Below the pieces are notes generated by a model. That model saw only the letters and a list, made by a program, of their open reading frames with translations, was not told where the DNA came from and did not search any database. From NCBI GenBank assembly GCA_037444665.1, contig JBBILZ010000044.1, positions 1-20,083 of the forward strand: 20,083 nucleotides of DNA. The letters run 5' to 3'. This document shows, one piece after another, positions 16,265 to 20,083 of this stretch; positions within the stretch are counted from its first letter, which is position 1, and each line of letters begins with the position of its first letter. Source of the stretch: a candidate division WOR-3 bacterium. GTDB lineage: Bacteria > Hydrothermota > Tepidihabitantia > SM23-42 > JAOAFX01. The translations under genes and the position numbers were made by a program.

Positions 16265-19200
16265 TTTATTCTTTTTAAGCTAATCTTTGCGTGAATGCCA
16301 TTAATTTCAAGGTCTCTTTTGATCTCTCCTGCAACATCGCCATCCTGAACCTCAAGGGCAAGGGTTTCGTTTTTCAAATAACAGAGATGCAGATTTATTG
16401 CTGATTTTAATTTTTCTTCAGTCTGATAATAAATTTTTATTCTATCAGTGAGATCAAAATTAGCCTCTTTACGCATTAATTGCACTTTATGGATTAATTC
16501 ACGAATCAAACCTTCTGCCTCAAGTTCGTCAGTAATTATGCTCATCAATGCAACAGTATAGCCTTCTTCCTCCACGATGACCCAGCCCTGTTTCTCCTGT
16601 TTTTTTATTTCAACTTCGTCTTTTGTGATTTCAATTTGTTTGCCATCAAATGTATTTTTTAAGTTGCCGCTTTTGATAAATTCTTTTATCTCTTTTTCAC
16701 CGAGCATTTTAATCCACTGTGCGATACGGGGCGATAATGGACCAAATTTTGGTCCGAGTCGCTCAAATTTTGGTAGCAGATTGTATGTATAAAATTCCTC
16801 TAAATCAGAGACAAAGGCAACCTTTTTGATATTCAATTCATCAAGGATTGTGCTGATATTTGATTCATCAATTGATTTTACATTTGGCGGTAAATTGATG
16901 ACCATTTCTGCCAGTGGTTGGCGCACCTTGATATTTACTTTATTTCTTGCCGCTCTGCCCATTGAAACGATTTTCTGAACACGGGCAATTTCATTTTCCA
17001 GTTCCACATCTATCATTGATTCATTAACTTCGGGAAAATCACAGAGGTGAACACTCAAGGGCGCATTTGTATCAATACTTCTAACTAAATTTTGATACAT
17101 ATCCTCGGTCCAGAATGGCATAATCGGTGAAATGAGTTTGATTAGACCTAATAAGCAATTATACAATACAAGATAGGCAGTCTCTTTGTCCATATCATTT
17201 TCTGATTTCCAGAATCTTCTGCGGTTTCTGCGCAGATACCAGTTGGATAATTCATCAAAGTAAAACTCTACTTCTTTTATAACAGAGGCAACATCGTAAT
17301 TGTAATAAAATTCGTCGCATTTTTTAATGAGCGAGTTTGTTCGGGAGATTATCCAGCGGTCAAGTTTTGTTAAATTTTCCGAGGTAATTTTTTTACCGTT
17401 AGGATTGAATTTATCAATATTTGCATAGGTGACAAAAAATGAATAAACATTCCACAGGGTCAATAAATTCCTTTTAATCTCATCGGCTGGTCCATAACCG
17501 AAATTGAGATTCTGAATAGGATTATGTTTTGCGAACATCCAGCGCATCACATCCGCACCCATTTTTTCCGCAGCATCGTCAAACCAGATGGCATTGCCTT
17601 TGCTTTTGTGCATCTCTTCGCCATGTTCATCCCTGACCAGGGCGTGTCCCAGGAGTACCTTGAACGGTGGTTTATTCTCAAGCACTGTGCTCATAGTGAG
17701 AATGGCATAGAACCAGTTTCTAAATTGTCCGGGAAAACATTCGGTAATAAAATCGGCAGGAAACCATTCCTGCCAGTAAGATTTATCAAAAGGATAACCA
17801 TTATTCAGAGTATGCATATCTTCGGGTGGTCGCATTGTTGAGTATGGGACAATTCCTGCATCAAGCCAGGGATTTCCAACATCAGGTATCCGCGACATCA
17901 CCTCTCCGCATTTATCACATTTAATTTTAATTTTATCGATCCAGGGTCGGTGGGGTGTATGCCCTTCAAATTGTTCCCAGCCGATAACTGCTCTTTCTTT
18001 CAATTCATCTTTTGAACCAATGACAGTAAAATGACCACACCTGCATTCCCAGATAGGCAGGGCAAGGCCCCAGTATCGTTTCTTTGAAATACACCAATCA
18101 GCCATATTCCGCAGCCAGTCAAGCTCTCGTTCCAGACCCCATTCAGGTATCCACTTTTCTACCTTTTTTGCCACTTCAGCAATCTCATCTCTCAAAGTAT
18201 CCATTGAGATATACCATTCATCAACGAGTCTGAATATCAATTGATTATCACATCGCCAGCAGATTGGATAGCGGTGTGTGTAATCTTCAACATTATACAA
18301 AATTCCTCTTTTTTGCAGGTCTTTTATAATATCATCAGTTACTTCATCTACATTTTTATTAGATAGCCAATCAAACCCATCAATATAATATCCCAGTTCA
18401 TCAAGGGGTGCAATTGTACTCAAGCCGAATTCCTTACCCAAGGCAAAATCTTCTTTACCACATCCTGGAGCAATGTGGACAAGTCCGGTTCCTTCATTTT
18501 CACTAATTTCCTGCCAGGGGATGACTTTGTGGACTACCCCTTTTTGAGCAGGAAGATAATCAAATGGACCATCATATAGTAAGTTCAAAAGTTCTTTGCC
18601 AGGCATCTCAGCGATAATTTCATAATTACCTTTTAATACACGCAAAAGATTTTTGGCAAGGTAGTATATATCACCATTATTTTTTACCTTTGCATAGATA
18701 AAATCAGGGTGGACCGCCACACCAGTATTTGAAGTCAATGTCCATGGTGTTGTTGTCCAGACCAGCAGGTATTCATTTTTTCTGTCTTTTAGTGGAAAAC
18801 GGATATAGACTGCTTTGTGGGTTAACTCCTTATAACCTTCAGTAGCAATCTCCATATCACTGATTGCAGTTCCACACCGAGCGCACCAGGGTAGGACATC
18901 GGTTCCTTTATAGATAAATTTTCGCTCATAACATTTTTTTAGAAAATGCCAGATTGTATAATTGTTTACCTCACTCATTGTATAATAGGAATGGCTCTTT
19001 TTTAGCCAGTCCGGGTCATCAAGACTGGTCTTCCATTCTCCCCAGTCCATCCACATACCGAGTCTGATTGATTGTTCAGTCTGGATAATTGAATATTTAT
19101 GCACCCTTTCCTGACATTTCTTCACAAAATTATCTATGCCATATTTTTCAATATCCTTTTTTGATGAGAAGCCGAGTTCCCGTTCAACTTCAACTTCAAC

Positions 19201-19476
19201 CCACAATCCCTGACAATCAAAACCATTCTGGTAGCGTTGTTCATATCCTTTCATTGTTCGGTAGCGCTGGAAAATATCTTTATAAGTTCTTCCCCATGCG
19301 TGATGCACACCCATTGGATTGTTAGCAGTGATTGGACCATCCTGGAAAGACCATTTTTTTCTTTTTTTGTTTTTATTTTTATAAAGGTCAAAGACCTTAT
19401 TCTTATCCCAGAATTCCAATATCCTGTGTTCAATCTCAGGAAAGTTCAACTCTCGTGCAACTGGCTTAAAATTCAT
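16261..19476 (-). CDS. ileS: Isoleucine--tRNA ligase, type 2 (IleRS2)
   Basis: DGPITAN followed by the HIGH-equivalent GVHH, GFDCQGL, WTTTPWTL, GTGLVHIAP, DWCISKKRYWG, KMSKS-equivalent EMHKS and SNWYLRRNRRRFW. Long type-2 C-terminus (EGLIRELIHKVQLMRK...DRI) with no C-terminal Zn finger. Confidence 0.97.
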   Translation of the reverse strand: MNFKPVARELNFPEIEHRILEFWDKNKVFDLYKNKNKKRKKWSFQDGPITANNPMGVHHAWGRTYKDIFQRYRTMKGYEQRYQNGFDCQGLWVEVEVERELGFSSKKDIEKYGIDNFVKKCQERVHKYSIIQTEQSIRLGMWMDWGEWKTSLDDPDWLKKSHSYYTMSEVNNYTIWHFLKKCYERKFIYKGTDVLPWCARCGTAISDMEIATEGYKELTHKAVYIRFPLKDRKNEYLLVWTTTPWTLTSNTGVAVHPDFIYAKVKNNGDIYYLAKNLLRVLKGNYEIIAEMPGKELLNLLYDGPFDYLPAQKGVVHKVIPWQEISENEGTGLVHIAPGCGKEDFALGKEFGLSTIAPLDELGYYIDGFDWLSNKNVDEVTDDIIKDLQKRGILYNVEDYTHRYPICWRCDNQLIFRLVDEWYISMDTLRDEIAEVAKKVEKWIPEWGLERELDWLRNMADWCISKKRYWGLALPIWECRCGHFTVIGSKDELKERAVIGWEQFEGHTPHRPWIDKIKIKCDKCGEVMSRIPDVGNPWLDAGIVPYSTMRPPEDMHTLNNGYPFDKSYWQEWFPADFITECFPGQFRNWFYAILTMSTVLENKPPFKVLLGHALVRDEHGEEMHKSKGNAIWFDDAAEKMGADVMRWMFAKHNPIQNLNFGYGPADEIKRNLLTLWNVYSFFVTYANIDKFNPNGKKITSENLTKLDRWIISRTNSLIKKCDEFYYNYDVASVIKEVEFYFDELSNWYLRRNRRRFWKSENDMDKETAYLVLYNCLLGLIKLISPIMPFWTEDMYQNLVRSIDTNAPLSVHLCDFPEVNESMIDVELENEIARVQKIVSMGRAARNKVNIKVRQPLAEMVINLPPNVKSIDESNISTILDELNIKKVAFVSDLEEFYTYNLLPKFERLGPKFGPLSPRIAQWIKMLGEKEIKEFIKSGNLKNTFDGKQIEITKDEVEIKKQEKQGWVIVEEEGYTVALMSIITDELEAEGLIRELIHKVQLMRKEANFDLTDRIKIYYQTEEKLKSAINLHLCYLKNETLALEVQDGDVAGEIKRDLEINGIHAKISLKRIN

Positions 19477-19483
19477 AGTATTA

Positions 19484-19512
19484 ATTATATCCGAAAAATA
19501 GGTTGTTGTAAA
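19484..19512 (-). promoter_or_regulatory. sigma70-type promoter of ileS (predicted leaderless)
   Basis: Minus strand: TTTACA (19512-19507), 17 bp, TATAAT (19489-19484), 7 nt, ATG (19476). No SD. Confidence 0.7.
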
Positions 19513-19551
19513 GAGGAATTTGCAGGACTGCGGTATTGGTCATTACCAGAA

Positions 19552-19796
19552 CAGGTAATAAAGGGGAATCAAGGGGAATCAGGGAGTGTGGAGACACGAG
19601 GATATGCGGATATGAAGATGGGAAAATAGTAGGTAGTTGGTAGTAAGTAGTATGTAGTAGGTAAGATAACTAAAAAGACCAGAAAGACTAAATAGACCAA
19701 AAAGACCAGAAAGACTGAACAGACCATTCACTTAATACGGTTACGTAGTCCGTATCTTCATGAAGGCTAAAAATGGCTCAAAAAGGTTAAAGAAAG
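19552..19796. repeat. Patchwork of short degenerate tandem repeats (10-, 8-, 7-, 9- and 10-bp units)
   Basis: AAGGGGAATC x2 (19561-19580). GGATATGC GGATATGA (19600-19615). TAGTAGG TAGTTGG TAGTAAG TAGTATG TAGTAGG (19627-19661). AAAAAGACC AGAAAGACT AAATAGACC AAAAAGACC AGAAAGACT GAACAGACC (19672-19725). AAGGCTAAA/AATGGCTCAA/AAAGGTTAAA (~19763-19791). Confidence 0.8.
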
Positions 19797-19818
19797 CAAT
19801 TAACTATACCAGCATCTA

Positions 19819-19841
19819 TGCCCGATAAATCGGGCAACTAC
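19819..19841 (-). repeat. GTAG-type REP-like palindromic element
   Basis: Minus strand reads GTAG-T-TGCCCGAT-TT-ATCGGGCA: a GTAG tag followed by a perfect 8-bp inverted repeat, 27 bp downstream of a stop codon. Confidence 0.7.
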
Positions 19842-19868
19842 AGTTATGTAGATGAATCTGGTGAACCT

Positions 19869-20083
19869 CTATTTAAGTTTGACCACCTTTTGCATTAAGA
19901 CTCCTTCAGGAGAATCTAATTTGACAAAATATACACCGGCGGGAAGACTACGGCCGGAATCGTCTGTTCCGTTCCACTCCACAGAAGTAAGAAGTGAGAA
20001 GTGAGAAGTAGGAAGTAAAAAGGATTTTACCAGTCTGCCAGTGACATCATAAATTCTTAGTTTGTAGTTTGGGATTGGGGAAT
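19869..20083 (-). CDS. 3' end of a T9SS type-A/FlgD-like sorting-domain protein (gene continues beyond the window; not in the ORF track)
   Basis: Manual translation from 20081: SPIPNYKLRIYDVTGRLVKSFLLPTSHFSLLTSVEWNGTDDSGRSLPAGVYFVKLDSPEGVLMQKVVKLK*. It is homologous to the CTD of the first gene. Confidence 0.88.
   Translation of the reverse strand, partial: SPIPNYKLRIYDVTGRLVKSFLLPTSHFSLLTSVEWNGTDDSGRSLPAGVYFVKLDSPEGVLMQKVVKLK
19983..20017. repeat. Degenerate 7-bp tandem repeats inside the coding sequence
   Basis: AGAAGTA AGAAGTG AGAAGTG AGAAGTA GGAAGTA on the + strand, encoding LLPTSHFSLLTS on the - strand. Confidence 0.85.

Noticed and set aside
1300..19433. Numerous short (60-138 aa) ORFs overlapping the long genes
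   Set aside because: They are antisense or out-of-frame shadows of well-supported CDSs and have no recognisable motifs.
19237..19629. 130-aa + strand ORF
   Set aside because: It overlaps the ileS 5' end antisense and runs into repeats, with no SD or motif.
19477..19868. CRISPR array or T-box leader upstream of ileS
   Set aside because: Repeat units are 7-10 bp with no spacers. There is no T-box consensus or terminator, and the promoter abuts the ATG.

Overview
AT-rich bacterial chromosomal window. The C-terminal sorting domains (T9SS type-A / FlgD-like CTDs) with repeat-derived inserts resemble candidate division WOR-3 or a related FCB lineage; this taxonomic call is inference only. Contents, left to right: (1) the 3' part of an Asp-box/YCF48-like beta-propeller protein with a CTD; (2) a 1352-aa secreted S8 protease with a CTD, carrying what looks like a ~510-aa domain nested inside another domain; (3) a radical SAM (SPASM/twitch-like) gene and an OleA-like KAS III gene, convergent with a B12-binding radical SAM gene; (4) a probable transcription unit of tRNA-Met(CAT), a cytoplasmic fusion of a degenerate MCP signalling domain to a family-5 solute-binding domain, a 726-aa pure coiled coil, a YitT membrane protein and a TonB-C-terminal-domain lipoprotein; (5) a type 2 IleRS with non-canonical GVHH/EMHKS motifs; (6) a repeat-rich spacer with a GTAG-type REP; (7) the 3' end of another CTD gene. 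Several near-consensus sigma70 promoters are visible, and two are placed to give leaderless mRNAs. No transposase, integrase, CRISPR array or rRNA was seen.
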